Of a stretch of DNA of 64,000 nucleotides, positions 30,398 to 40,884 are shown piece by piece. This DNA comes from Bdellovibrionales bacterium. Its GTDB lineage: Bacteria; Bdellovibrionota; Bdellovibrionia; Bdellovibrionales; JAUICD01. The position numbers and the translations under genes are program-made. The stretch is from positions 224,001 through 288,000 of the forward strand of contig OZ241865.1 in assembly GCA_965203275.1 (NCBI GenBank), read 5' to 3'. The notes beneath the pieces are model-generated. The model was given only the letters and a program-made list of their open reading frames with translations, was not told the DNA's origin and did not search any database. The stretch's first letter is position 1. Each line of letters opens with the position of its first letter.

Positions 30398-31501
30398 TCA
30401 AGAGTGTCTGATCAACATAACATCGCCATCTTGAACTTGATAGTCTTTTCCTTCAGATCGATAAAGACCTTTTTCCTTAATATCTGTTTCTGATTGCAAC
30501 CTAAAAAGATCTTCACATTTGTACACTTCTGCTCTGATAAAACCCTTTTCAAAATCAGAATGAATTGTACCTGCAGCTTGAGGAGCTAATGTTCCCTTTT
30601 TAATGGTCCATGCCCTAGTTTCCTTAGGGCCTGCCGTAAAGTAAGTCATTAAATGCAACAGTTTATAAGCTTCTAATACCAAACGATGCAGACCTGGCTT
30701 GTCTAATCCTGCTGACTGCAAAAACTCTACTTGTTCATCTAGAGGTAATTGTGATATTTCTGCTTCTAATTTTGAACAGAGCATAATGACTTGATTGTTT
30801 TGGCTTTTTGCTTTTTCTATCACTACTTTTATATCTCTATTGGTGCAATTCGTTAAATCTTGTGTGAGGTCATCTTCAGAGACATTGCATACATAGAGAA
30901 CAGGCTTAGCTGTTAAAAGGTGTAATCCTCGCAAATAATTCTGAACTTCTATAGAAGCTTGTGATGCAGGTTGACCTTCTTGTAAAATCTTGTAGACGCT
31001 CTCTGTGTATTCCATTTCTTTTTCTTGTAGAGGTGTGATCCCTGCCTTGTTTTGTTTTTTGAGTTTAGAGAGACGTTTTTCTATTGTTTCTAAGTCGGCA
31101 AGTAGCAGTTCTGTTTCAATAATAGATATATCATGTTCAGGATTGATCTGTCCATGTACATGGACAACATTGCTTTCTTTAAAGCATCTGACAGTATGAA
31201 TAATGGCTTGTGTTTCTCGAATATGGCTTAAAAATTTATTACCTAGTCCCTGTCCTTTGCTAGCTCCTTTAACCAAACCTGCAATATCGACAAATTCCAT
31301 GGTTGCGGGGATCACCTTCTGACTACCAATAATTTTTGCAATTTTATCTAAGCGAGGATCAGGTACAACCACTATCCCTGAATGAGGTTCAATAGTACAA
31401 AAAGGATAATTTGAGCTAGCAACATCTGCACTTGTTAAAGCATTAAAGAGAGTGCTTTTGCCTACATTAGGTAAACCCACAATTCCACATTTAAGTCCCA
31501 T
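30398..31501 (-). CDS. ychF: Ribosome-binding ATPase YchF
   Basis: GIVGLPNVGKSTLFN, NYPFCTIEP, DIAGLVKGASKG.GLGN, IHSDFEKGFIRAE. Confidence 0.96.
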   Translation of the reverse strand: MGLKCGIVGLPNVGKSTLFNALTSADVASSNYPFCTIEPHSGIVVVPDPRLDKIAKIIGSQKVIPATMEFVDIAGLVKGASKGQGLGNKFLSHIRETQAIIHTVRCFKESNVVHVHGQINPEHDISIIETELLLADLETIEKRLSKLKKQNKAGITPLQEKEMEYTESVYKILQEGQPASQASIEVQNYLRGLHLLTAKPVLYVCNVSEDDLTQDLTNCTNRDIKVVIEKAKSQNNQVIMLCSKLEAEISQLPLDEQVEFLQSAGLDKPGLHRLVLEAYKLLHLMTYFTAGPKETRAWTIKKGTLAPQAAGTIHSDFEKGFIRAEVYKCEDLFRLQSETDIKEKGLYRSEGKDYQVQDGDVMLIRHS

Positions 31502-31515
31502 GTTTGTTGATCCTT

Positions 31516-31953
31516 TTAAGTTTGAAGGGGTTTAATAAGTTTATTTTTATTAGAAGGCTTGTGCATCTGAGCAAGCTTCCAAGTTGCATCAATGATCTGT
31601 TTAAGAGATGTACCCGGCCCAAAAACAGCAGTTACACCCATTTTAAGAAGATGATCTATATCGCTATCTGGAATAATGCCACCTACAAAAATAGGCTTTT
31701 TAATTTGAAGTGATTGCATTTCTTTTTGTAGAGATTCAACAAGTGTGAGATGACTACCTGAATGTATGGATAGACCAACGACATCTACATCTTCTTGCAT
31801 AGCTGCTGTAGCAATCATTTGTGTTGTTTGATGAAGTCCTGTGTAGATCACCTCAAAACCTTCATCTCGCAAAGCTTTAGCTACAACTTTAGCTCCTCGA
31901 TCATGCCCATCTAAACCAGGCTTAGCAATTAAAACACGGATAGGTCTGTCCAT
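31516..31953 (-). CDS. Cobalamin-binding subunit of methylmalonyl-CoA mutase-type enzyme
   Basis: AKPGLDGHDRGAKV, VGLS, VGGIIP, FGPG. Confidence 0.92.
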   Translation of the reverse strand: MDRPIRVLIAKPGLDGHDRGAKVVAKALRDEGFEVIYTGLHQTTQMIATAAMQEDVDVVGLSIHSGSHLTLVESLQKEMQSLQIKKPIFVGGIIPDSDIDHLLKMGVTAVFGPGTSLKQIIDATWKLAQMHKPSNKNKLIKPLQT

Positions 31954-32006
31954 TAGATATAAATATAACTTTTTATTAGATATTTGTAAAGAAACCTACC
32001 TTCCTT

Positions 32007-32390
32007 TTATTCACCAAAAAGGTTTGAAAATGCAACCCTACTAAATAAAAAAGAGTTTAAAGATAAGCCCCCTAAAAGGGCTATAAATTCAAACCTGTCA
32101 AAAATAGATATATCACAAAGTAACTTAAATAAACCCTGACAAAAAACTATGGCCAAAACAAAATAAAACCAAACTTGAATAAGAACAAAAACTTTTTGAG
32201 CATATTCTTTTTTATGTTCTCTTTCAGACTGAGAGACTGCGATCTGCTCTTGTACCACCTTATTTAATATTACCTCTTTACTTGATTCGTTTTGCTGGTT
32301 TAGTAGTGTTTGTTTAGACTGTTTCTCACTTGGCTGACTGTCTGTTTGATATTCTTTAGATAGTTTTGGAAGCTTGTCTATAGATGTCAT
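32007..32390 (-). CDS. Two-TM membrane protein coupled to the Panacea gene (candidate toxin)
   Basis: ATGA overlap; C-terminal hydrophobic helices. Confidence 0.6.
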   Translation of the reverse strand: MTSIDKLPKLSKEYQTDSQPSEKQSKQTLLNQQNESSKEVILNKVVQEQIAVSQSEREHKKEYAQKVFVLIQVWFYFVLAIVFCQGLFKLLCDISIFDRFEFIALLGGLSLNSFLFSRVAFSNLFGE

Positions 32391-32968
32391 TGATCTGTCT
32401 TATCCTCTAAAAATTGCAAATAATATTCCTTTATGATCTCATTATCAATAGACTTACCTTGAATACCATTGCTTTCTTTTATTGTTAGAAACCATGGACT
32501 CCCCTCTATGTGAGTCCGTCCTGATAAATCCCATGCAGGTAGCTTGCCATAATCTCTTAAAACAACATCCATTATCTTTTTTTCGTCTTCACTAAAATAA
32601 GCTCGACGTTCTCTTAATCCCTTATTTGTGTCGTCGAGTTCTTTGGCTTTGTTTTCTTTTTTAATAACTGGAAAAATTTTAAAAGCATGGTAAATAGATT
32701 GAAAGACCGGTCCATATCTCCAAGCAAGAGCATATTCATTAACTAATGGCTTACCTATCAAAGCTAATTTAAAGCCATGAGCGATATAAACAAGCTTGAT
32801 CAATTTTAAGCATGTAAGCTCTTCCCTACCATTATTTTTGAAGTTGTCTATAAAATAATTGGCTACGGCTAAAGGGTCATGGCCTTCTGTGTTTTCAGTC
32901 ATATTGATCATTCCTCCTGATATTTTGAATATATCTTTTAATATATCTTTTAAAATCAAATGCGACAA
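32387..32968 (-). CDS. Panacea/SocA-like (DUF4065) antitoxin; likely start ATG 32902 after AGGAGG
   Basis: AVANYF, LKLIKLVYIAHG, AWRYGPV, LS..TH...SPW, IDNEII.EYY. Confidence 0.85.
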   Translation of the reverse strand: MSHLILKDILKDIFKISGGMINMTENTEGHDPLAVANYFIDNFKNNGREELTCLKLIKLVYIAHGFKLALIGKPLVNEYALAWRYGPVFQSIYHAFKIFPVIKKENKAKELDDTNKGLRERRAYFSEDEKKIMDVVLRDYGKLPAWDLSGRTHIEGSPWFLTIKESNGIQGKSIDNEIIKEYYLQFLEDKTDQ

Positions 32969-33571
32969 ATTGTCAATACCTTAGTGTGGTGTGTCAATTT
33001 GAGATTTTAAAGCCGTTTTATCTTTCTAACTTATTTAACCTGTTCTTTAAAAGATACTCAATTTCAATGATGGCCTTTATGGCCTATCTGTTGTTAGGTT
33101 TTAGGATATAAAACTACAAAACTAAAGATGTATGATCAAAAGTATACTTTATAGATTCTAATAGGCTTATAAAATGTTGCTTGTTTATATCTTGACTGCT
33201 TTACTCTTTTATTTTCTCATAAGTTTCATCATTTTAAAAATTTAATTAAATGGCTTCTTTTCCATCCTTCAGTATGGTATCGGCACTATTTTAAAAGACT
33301 TAAGGATTTTTGCTTATTTTTGCAAAAAAAAATCAGGCATCTGTTTTAATGTGATACACAATTTTGAGTGATCATTTTCAAGTGAATTAAATTGTCATTA
33401 CAAAATAGCAGTCTACTCGATTTTGTGACAGTGCATCACAATCTATCACTGCCTGTTGACAAAATCCCTTAATATAGTACAATGATCATTAGGTGGTATT
33501 AAAATCATCAGAGGTTTAAATAATGAATTTAAATAATGATAAGTCAAATGATTAAGTTGGAGGTATAAAGT

Positions 33572-34006
33572 ATGGAAGCATATAGCACTTTAGAAATAAT
33601 ATTTGGCTTTGGAATTGGATTATTAAGTATTTTAGCTAGCTTAATTATAATTATGAGATTTTTAAGTAGTCCTCTTAAAAAACAAATAGATGACATAGAA
33701 AAATATTTAAACAACCATCTATCTTCACAAATTAAAAGATTAGAAGACAATCAAATAGAAATGCGGTCTGACATAAAGGCACTTGACAAGAAGATTGATG
33801 ACAAGAAGATTGATGACAATACAAAGGCACTTGACAAGAAGATTGATGACAATACAAAGGCACTTGACAAGAAGATTGATGACAATGCAAAGGCACTTCA
33901 TCAGAAGATTGATGACAATACAAAACAAACCAATCAAAAATTTGATCATATCAATCAACGTCTTGATAAGATATTTGAGTTATTAACTCATCTTTCCAAT
34001 AAATAA
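33572..34006 (+). CDS. Small N-terminal-TM coiled-coil protein with 33-bp repeats (Bdr-like)
   Basis: RBS GGAGG; KALDKKIDDNT repeats; TTGACA promoter at ~33456. Confidence 0.75.
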   Translation: MEAYSTLEIIFGFGIGLLSILASLIIIMRFLSSPLKKQIDDIEKYLNNHLSSQIKRLEDNQIEMRSDIKALDKKIDDKKIDDNTKALDKKIDDNTKALDKKIDDNAKALHQKIDDNTKQTNQKFDHINQRLDKIFELLTHLSNK

Positions 34007-34295
34007 TCTCTTTTAAATCTATAAGCCTTTTAACAAAATGCGATAAAGTATTACGCTCTCAGCTTTATTAAACTTCATAATAATTTAATCCTTTTCACAA
34101 CTTTAATTTGGTTTAGGGTGGGAGTTTTTCAGAAAAGAAGTTGCTCCTTTTAAAGAAAGGGTAGCCTTAACTCCGTTAGATGAATAGGCTTTAAAGTGCA
34201 GAAAAATGCTCCTTTTAAGTTCCTAATATAAAATGTTACTTGTAAAATATCAATTGAGGAAAAGTTATCAGTTGAAAAAAAGTCCAAGCTATTTT

Positions 34296-34823
34296 TTAAT
34301 TTATCTTCTTGGCCTCTACAATGTGATCATCCTTAATGACGATTTCGAATCCAGCTTCTTTAGCTCTTTGTTTATAATTTTGAATAACTTCCTGTCTATA
34401 TCTTTGTTCTTCTTGTTCTTCAAGTATTTGTCTTTGTCTTTCTCTCTCTTTCTGAAGAATATAAGCATCTACTTGGTTTGTAAGACTTAGATCATTATTT
34501 TGTAGTTTTTTAGGTTGACTATGATGTGTTGGCTTTTTGTGATCTAAAGAAAGTTTAGGATGAGAATTCTTCAAATATTCAACTTCTTTCACCAATGATG
34601 TTGCTTGCAATTTTTGAAATTGCATTTTACGAGATAAGAGACTTAAGTGATAATTCACTCTTGAATCTACAGAACTTTCATATTTATGAAAATCATCTGA
34701 TTGACTTTTAGTTTGAGATGGAAGTAATTGCTCAGTTGCTTTTTGTGGAGCTATATAAGTATATAAAATGCCAATTATAAGCAAACAAATAATATAATTA
34801 TATTTTTTTATTCTTTCCTTCAT
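34296..34823 (-). CDS. Hypothetical membrane-anchored protein
   Basis: N-terminal TM, coiled C-terminus. Confidence 0.6.
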   Translation of the reverse strand: MKERIKKYNYIICLLIIGILYTYIAPQKATEQLLPSQTKSQSDDFHKYESSVDSRVNYHLSLLSRKMQFQKLQATSLVKEVEYLKNSHPKLSLDHKKPTHHSQPKKLQNNDLSLTNQVDAYILQKERERQRQILEEQEEQRYRQEVIQNYKQRAKEAGFEIVIKDDHIVEAKKIN

Positions 34824-34928
34824 CCTCTTTAACCTTCATCCTCTCTAAGACTATTTCTCTTTACTTTGATACAAGCCTTCTTAATTCTCGTCATATCTCA
34901 CATTTGTTAAATGGCTATGACTTAATAA

Positions 34929-36086
34929 CTACTCAATAACCTTTTGAATTATGTAGCTATATTGAATGTTTATTGTTGTGCCTGAAGCAGGAGCTTGATC
35001 AAAGACATATTTATTGTGTTCTTCATCAAAGCTTCCAGAGACAGCATTCTCAGCAGGTGTGAAGTCTAATGTAATACTTTCTTCTACTACATTTTCATAT
35101 CTAAGGTTTACTTCAGTGAGGTTAAGTATAGCTTCCAATCGATTACTGATGTCTACAAGAGTTTCACTGTAATCATCATCACAAATACTATATGTGCTTC
35201 CTCGTCCTGCTGCTAGATTAGCAATAAAGGTACTAAATATAGGTTCACCTTCTGTATCAATCAACTTATATCTTTCGAGTTCTTTTTTCATACAACTTTG
35301 ATCATCCGGTTGAACAATGATTCCATAAACAGAGAGATTCTTATTTTCACCAAAAGCACCTCTTACAGTCTGGATCACTTCTGAAGGTTGTGTTGGGCTG
35401 GTTGTTACTTCCCCTTGTGCATTGGTAATTTCTAAACCATTGGAAAGTTCATCTTCATTAGAGAGTATTATAACAGCTAGGGCTGCATTGTCTCTAAAGA
35501 ATCCTTCATTTTCTTCATTACGTTTATCAATAGCATTTTTAATGTTTCTCAAAGGAACTTCTACACCAGAGTCTTCACGGACTCCAGTTTGAGCATTAAC
35601 GGCTCGTGAACTTTTGCCATTTCTATTAATTGTATTTAGAAACAATTCTTGTGGATTTTGTAATTGATTGGTTAAAATTTTCACAAGGTTTCCTTTAGCA
35701 TCGCGTATTTCTCCCTGAGCGTCCTCTAAATGGTAAAATGCACCATGATACCCATCTTCATTAACAATAGGAGTAGAATCATCTGCATTAATAAAAGCCA
35801 TTTGCCAATCAACTTGAGATAAGCTTGAGATCAATTCACCAAACTTTGCACCTAATTTTTGTTGATGATGATTCATCGAACTAGAAGTATCTATAACAAC
35901 TAATATATCAACTTTTTGTATAGTAGCAGATTGCTCCACTTCGATCGTATCACGACGAATACTTTCAATGATCTGAGGAGGTGGCTTGACATTTATGTTT
36001 GCACTTTTACAGCCAATCCCTGTAATCATCATAGTAAATATTAATGTAAAGCAAGAAAATAAATTATGAATTGATTTTTTATTCAT
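34929..36086 (-). CDS. Lipoprotein with VWA-like domain
   Basis: Lipobox-like GIGC; VDILVVIDTSSSM (DxSxS MIDAS); FFRDNAALAVIILSNEDE. Confidence 0.75.
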   Translation of the reverse strand: MNKKSIHNLFSCFTLIFTMMITGIGCKSANINVKPPPQIIESIRRDTIEVEQSATIQKVDILVVIDTSSSMNHHQQKLGAKFGELISSLSQVDWQMAFINADDSTPIVNEDGYHGAFYHLEDAQGEIRDAKGNLVKILTNQLQNPQELFLNTINRNGKSSRAVNAQTGVREDSGVEVPLRNIKNAIDKRNEENEGFFRDNAALAVIILSNEDELSNGLEITNAQGEVTTSPTQPSEVIQTVRGAFGENKNLSVYGIIVQPDDQSCMKKELERYKLIDTEGEPIFSTFIANLAAGRGSTYSICDDDYSETLVDISNRLEAILNLTEVNLRYENVVEESITLDFTPAENAVSGSFDEEHNKYVFDQAPASGTTINIQYSYIIQKVIE

Positions 36087-36148
36087 TTTAACCTCTTAAC
36101 CCTTTAAAGATAAAAAAATTATTTTTAGAAACCCTTACTTATAGAACA

Positions 36149-36164
36149 AGCAAATAATAGGCCA
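36149..36164 (-). promoter_or_regulatory. sigma54 (-24/-12) promoter
   Basis: Minus strand TGGCCTATTATTTGCT. Confidence 0.55.
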
Positions 36165-36315
36165 AAAGTGCTATTCACACGTTTCAATAAGTTAATATGT
36201 TGTGAAAGTAAGTTTTTTTGAAGATGAGGAGAAGAATCATTAAAAGTAGTTTTTAAATAGGTGTGTAAAATGTGATCAGGTGTCTATAGTATTGATATTG
36301 CTCTAACTTAAAAAA

Positions 36316-37686
36316 TTAAATTTTGCTAGCTAATAGAAAGACATCTCCTGCTAAAAACCGATGTCCTATAATTTGTACTTTAAATTCTCTATCTCCATGT
36401 ATATCTTTGAGCATAGTATCTTCTGCTAAAATACACTTCCAATAATCCCTAGAGAGCAACTTTTGAATGCTTTTTTGTTTTTTAAGAGCTAAGACTTTCT
36501 TTTGAGAACCTATCTGTTTTAATGCTTTTTTAAAATAACGCATTTGACTTAATTTCCTGAGTTTTTGGGATCTTTGCTTTTTTTCTGATAGAGGCACATC
36601 ATCTCTCCATTTAGAAGCTCTTGTTCCAGGTCGCACACTATAAGGGAAGACATGAATAAAATCCCAAGGTAAGTTTTCAAGCCTTGTGTAAGTTTGGTGA
36701 AAATCTTCTTGAGATTCTCCAGTAAATCCTACAATAACATCCATGCCCACAAAAGCATGTGGAAGCTTTTGTTCAATCATCAAAAGAGCATTTTGTACAT
36801 CTTCACTTGTATATTGCCTTCGCATTTTTTGCAAAGTTGGAGTTGAAGCACTTTGAATGCTTAAATGAAAGTGTGGACATACACGAGGATTTTGATAGAG
36901 TTCCATAAGGTCATTTGTCAATTCTAAAGGCTCTAAACTTGTTAAACGGATACGAGGGATGGATGTTTTCTCCAATACACTTTGTAGCAGGTCACTCAAA
37001 GCAAAAGATTGCCCTTGCATATCTTGGTAATGGTAATCTCCAATATGTACCCCTGTAAGAACCACCTCACAAATGCCTTCATCTATCAGTTGATTGATTT
37101 TATCACAGAGGAGGTTGACATTTAAGCTTCGGCTTTTCCCTCTTGCAAAGGGGATAACACAATAAGTACAAAAACTATTACAACCGTCCTGAATTTTAAG
37201 AAAGGCTCTTGTTCTGCCACTTTTAAGACCTCCACCGAATTCCATGTCTTGTTTTTTAAAAATATTGGATTTAAAAATACGTTGAGATAATTGTCCTCTC
37301 ATTAATAAAGGAATATACTCTTTGATTTGACTTTTATGACTGTTAGCTACCACAAGATCGACTCCCTTTAAGCTAGTGAACTGATCTGTGTCTACTTGAA
37401 CTCCACAACCTGTTACAATAATTTTGGCCTTAGGGTTTCGTAGTTTCAATCTACGGATTTGTTTTTGAGCTTTTTTAATGGCTTCATGTGTGACTGCACA
37501 AGTATTAAAAATATGGATATCTGCATGAGCAGAAGGCAAAAGAGATATTGTTTTAAATTGTTGCTCTAAAAGACTTGTGTCGTATGTATTGACCTTACAA
37601 CCGAAGGTGTGCATTTGATAAGTCCATCCTAGGTGTTGATTTGGACTTTGATTCAATAACATAATAACAGCTCCCTTCATAATCAT
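36316..37686 (-). CDS. mtaB: tRNA methylthiotransferase, MtaB-like radical SAM
   Basis: TFGCKVN, NTCAVT, LKIQDGCNSFCTYCVIP, HFHLSIQS, HVFPYS.RPGT. Confidence 0.85.
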   Translation of the reverse strand: MIMKGAVIMLLNQSPNQHLGWTYQMHTFGCKVNTYDTSLLEQQFKTISLLPSAHADIHIFNTCAVTHEAIKKAQKQIRRLKLRNPKAKIIVTGCGVQVDTDQFTSLKGVDLVVANSHKSQIKEYIPLLMRGQLSQRIFKSNIFKKQDMEFGGGLKSGRTRAFLKIQDGCNSFCTYCVIPFARGKSRSLNVNLLCDKINQLIDEGICEVVLTGVHIGDYHYQDMQGQSFALSDLLQSVLEKTSIPRIRLTSLEPLELTNDLMELYQNPRVCPHFHLSIQSASTPTLQKMRRQYTSEDVQNALLMIEQKLPHAFVGMDVIVGFTGESQEDFHQTYTRLENLPWDFIHVFPYSVRPGTRASKWRDDVPLSEKKQRSQKLRKLSQMRYFKKALKQIGSQKKVLALKKQKSIQKLLSRDYWKCILAEDTMLKDIHGDREFKVQIIGHRFLAGDVFLLASKI

Positions 37687-37827
37687 TTTATAATAAAACC
37701 AATTTCAAAGCACTAAAGTATGCCAAAAGTGTATCATTATGATACATAAATTTTTATTGTCGGTCAATTTTACCTGTCTTTTAAAATAAAATGATAATAA
37801 TCATAAATAATCTGCCGATAAAATATT

Positions 37828-39126
37828 ATGCCTACAAAAAACACAAACACAGCTATAGAAATAGACGATTTGTTCCTTGATCTAGAGGTTCAAAAAGAAC
37901 CTTCTAATAATGATAATAAAAGTCAAACTCCAATTTCGCAAAATGATGCCCTCTTATCATCACTGGAAAACACACAAATGGTTGAAAAGTCTCATTTAAG
38001 TATTGTCAAGTCTGCTGATTCATTAGATGAAAATTCAAAATCAGAGCCTGTTTTATTAGGAAATACCAAAACTGTTTTAACAGATGAGGCTTCAAAAAGT
38101 AAGAATACCAATGAAGATCATATACAAGAAGCCCTTCAAGAGCATTCATCAGATAAAGGTCAGGTCCATCATACAGATCAAGTTAATCATGTTAAAGAAG
38201 AGGAAGTACAGACCAATGTCAAAACGGAAGCACTGGATATAGAATCATCAAATCAAAATGAGATCATAGAGTCTGCGGAAGACGGTTATATTGATGATAT
38301 AACTATTTTCCGTAAGAACAAGGATGAAGATGTTTCATTTGAGTCTTCTTTTAATTCTACTAATTCTGCGGAAGATTCTGATTTGTCCCTTGTACAAAGC
38401 TTAAATAAACAAGAAGAAAATAAAAAAACTCCTATAGAAGGTACATCTCATACTTCTTCATCTTCATTGACAGCTACAGATATTATACATCATGTAGACC
38501 ATGTGGACCATGTAGAAGAGCAAATGCCTCTTATGCATCCTGCATCTTCTGCACAGCAAGTCTTAAAGCGTGCAGATCAGCTTAAAATGGCTCAAGATAG
38601 AATAAAAGAATTAGAATCTATGTTATTTTCTACACGCCAAGAAAATGAAAGTTTGTCTTTAGAGGTTGAAAGCTTAACAAAGCGAGTAGAGGAGTTAGCT
38701 GCCCAATTAGATTCAAGCGAAAGAAGAAGCCGAACAAAAATAGAAGGTCTTTCAGATGAAAGAAATCTAATAGAAGAGTCTCTTTTTCAAAAAGACAAGG
38801 AATTAAACAATATGAAGTTAAAAGTTGAACAACTTACAAAGAGATTAGCTAAAGACCTTAAAAGTGTACGCATTAGGGAAATTGAATTAGAAAATCGACT
38901 AGAGCTAGTCAAACAAGAGAAAATGGCTCTTTTAAAAAACAAAGATGAAATTATTTTAAATTTAAAAAGAAAAGCCGATCATTTAACAATGGATATTGAT
39001 GGATATCGCAAGAAAAATCAATCAACTCAGGCACAAATATCAGAAAATGAAGAAAGAGTTCAAAGAAGTGTCCGTGCCTTAAGATTGGCACTTAGTATGT
39101 TAGAAGGGAGTGACTCTTCTAAATAG
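37828..39126 (+). CDS. Hypothetical protein, acidic disordered N-terminus and coiled-coil C-terminus
   Basis: Composition; GCCGATAA at 37814 just before ATG. Confidence 0.7.
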   Translation: MPTKNTNTAIEIDDLFLDLEVQKEPSNNDNKSQTPISQNDALLSSLENTQMVEKSHLSIVKSADSLDENSKSEPVLLGNTKTVLTDEASKSKNTNEDHIQEALQEHSSDKGQVHHTDQVNHVKEEEVQTNVKTEALDIESSNQNEIIESAEDGYIDDITIFRKNKDEDVSFESSFNSTNSAEDSDLSLVQSLNKQEENKKTPIEGTSHTSSSSLTATDIIHHVDHVDHVEEQMPLMHPASSAQQVLKRADQLKMAQDRIKELESMLFSTRQENESLSLEVESLTKRVEELAAQLDSSERRSRTKIEGLSDERNLIEESLFQKDKELNNMKLKVEQLTKRLAKDLKSVRIREIELENRLELVKQEKMALLKNKDEIILNLKRKADHLTMDIDGYRKKNQSTQAQISENEERVQRSVRALRLALSMLEGSDSSK

Positions 39127-39144
39127 AAGAGGATGGGTGGATTT

Positions 39145-39906
39145 TTAAAATTGAGATCGCAAATCTCTAATAATAGTGAATTTTTCTAAAGGAGATAAAT
39201 GGTGGTCTATTTCTTTAAAATCATCTTGATCGACTCTTAAAAAGGGATTGAGTTTTTTTTCTTGCTCTATAGTGGTAGGTAATGTGGGTTGATTTTGAGA
39301 TCTCATAAATTTAATTTTTTGATAGTAATTGAGAAGCTCAGATTTTTGAGGTTGCAAAGTCAATGCAAATTGCATATTTTTTTCTGTATATTCGTGGGCA
39401 GCGTAAACCTTTGTTTGATCTGGCAATTTTCTTAATTTTTTTAGGCTTTCCCACATCATTTGAGGTGTCCCTTCAAAGAGCCGTCCGCAACCTAGTGAAA
39501 ACAGACAATCTCCTGTAAAAAGCAAGTTTTCAGAAGGGATATAATAATTAATCATGCCCAGTGTATGGCCTGGAACAAAGAAAACTTGTACAGAGGTTTT
39601 TCCAAATTCAAAGGTATCGTTTGCTTTTAAAGCTATATCTAAGCCGGGAATACGGCCCTGATCAGAATCATATTGAGAGCCTAAAATTTGGCAACAATAT
39701 TTTTTCTTAAGGGTTAAATTTCCTCCTATGTGATCTGCATGATGATGAGTGTTGAAAATATAGTCTAAGTGCCAATTTTTTTTTAAGAGAAAGTCTATAA
39801 TAACTTGAGTATCAGGGGTGTCAATGGCTGCTGTTTTTTTAAGCAGGGGATCATGCAAAATCAATGCATAATTATCTTGCAGGGCAGGTATTTGATAAAC
39901 TTCCAT
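39145..39906 (-). CDS. gloB: Hydroxyacylglutathione hydrolase (glyoxalase II)
   Basis: THHHADHIGG, PGHT, FTGDCLF..GCGRLFEG, HEYT, NPFLR. Confidence 0.93.
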   Translation of the reverse strand: MEVYQIPALQDNYALILHDPLLKKTAAIDTPDTQVIIDFLLKKNWHLDYIFNTHHHADHIGGNLTLKKKYCCQILGSQYDSDQGRIPGLDIALKANDTFEFGKTSVQVFFVPGHTLGMINYYIPSENLLFTGDCLFSLGCGRLFEGTPQMMWESLKKLRKLPDQTKVYAAHEYTEKNMQFALTLQPQKSELLNYYQKIKFMRSQNQPTLPTTIEQEKKLNPFLRVDQDDFKEIDHHLSPLEKFTIIRDLRSQF

Positions 39907-39954
39907 TGTGTTTCATAGTATCCATTTGGCAATATTTTTGTCAAATATATTTAG

Positions 39955-40170
39955 TTTCACTAAAAGTAAACTAGCCTCTGGCTACTTTTGGACATTGCTC
40001 TGACAGCTATCGCTGTCCAAAAAGAGCAATGTCTCAAAAGTCCGTTTACTTTTAGTAGGGAGGATATCCTCGTCTCTTAACTACATGTTAAGGAAAAAGT
40101 TCCTTCTGTTTCACTAAAAGTAAACGGACTTTTGAGGTTGGCCAGCAGTGATGAAGGAACTTTTTCTTTA
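39955..40170 (-). repeat. Family-A repeat cluster
   Basis: Seen directly. Confidence 0.85.
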
Positions 40171-40584
40171 TTTTTTAACTAGTATTTTTATAATCTTATC
40201 TAGTCTATTTTCTACCCTATTAATATCACTTTTTAACTCTTCTTTTACTTTATTAATCTTGGTAGGAATATGGTTATTTACTTGTTCCTTAATAGGGTTT
40301 ATTTCTTTTTTAATAGGTCCTATCTCTTTTTTTATCGGGTCTACTGAAGAATGTATTATAACCCTTAAAACAATAATTGATAAAATGGCATTTATTATCT
40401 CTTTTGATGAATACAAATCTTGCAATCCAAAATAATTTACCACTATTAACAAAATAAACAAAACAAGGATAAAAAAACCTGTATATCCTTTTAGCAATGA
40501 TGAAAATATATCCAGTGGTGATGATTGATTATTTTCTGGCCCGTTGCCATTACCTGAATGATCATTCATAAAATCCTCTTTCAA
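40168..40584 (-). CDS. Small membrane coiled-coil protein, paralog-like to 33572-34006
   Basis: PIKKEI repeats; NNHIPTKI and RLDKI resemble NNHLSSQI and RLDKI. Confidence 0.65.
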   Translation of the reverse strand: MKEDFMNDHSGNGNGPENNQSSPLDIFSSLLKGYTGFFILVLFILLIVVNYFGLQDLYSSKEIINAILSIIVLRVIIHSSVDPIKKEIGPIKKEINPIKEQVNNHIPTKINKVKEELKSDINRVENRLDKIIKILVKK

Positions 40585-40884
40585 AAGCTATATTCACAAA
40601 AAAAAGAGGCTATCAAGCCACTTTAAGCTTATGAATTTATCTACAATCTACGACCATAGAAATTAATATTAGAATATCAATCCTAAAGGATTTTGTCAAT
40701 ATGACGATAAGAGTCATATCAATTCTTCTTATCTCTAAAGATTGAATAGTTTAATTTTGTACTCAATTTATTATGTTATTCAGACCACTTATGAGGATAA
40801 GTGGTCTTTTTTAGCAACTTTACTAAACGTTGTCGAAATTTTGATGTTTTGAAGCTTAAAAATAGCCTTGAAACATTGAATATT

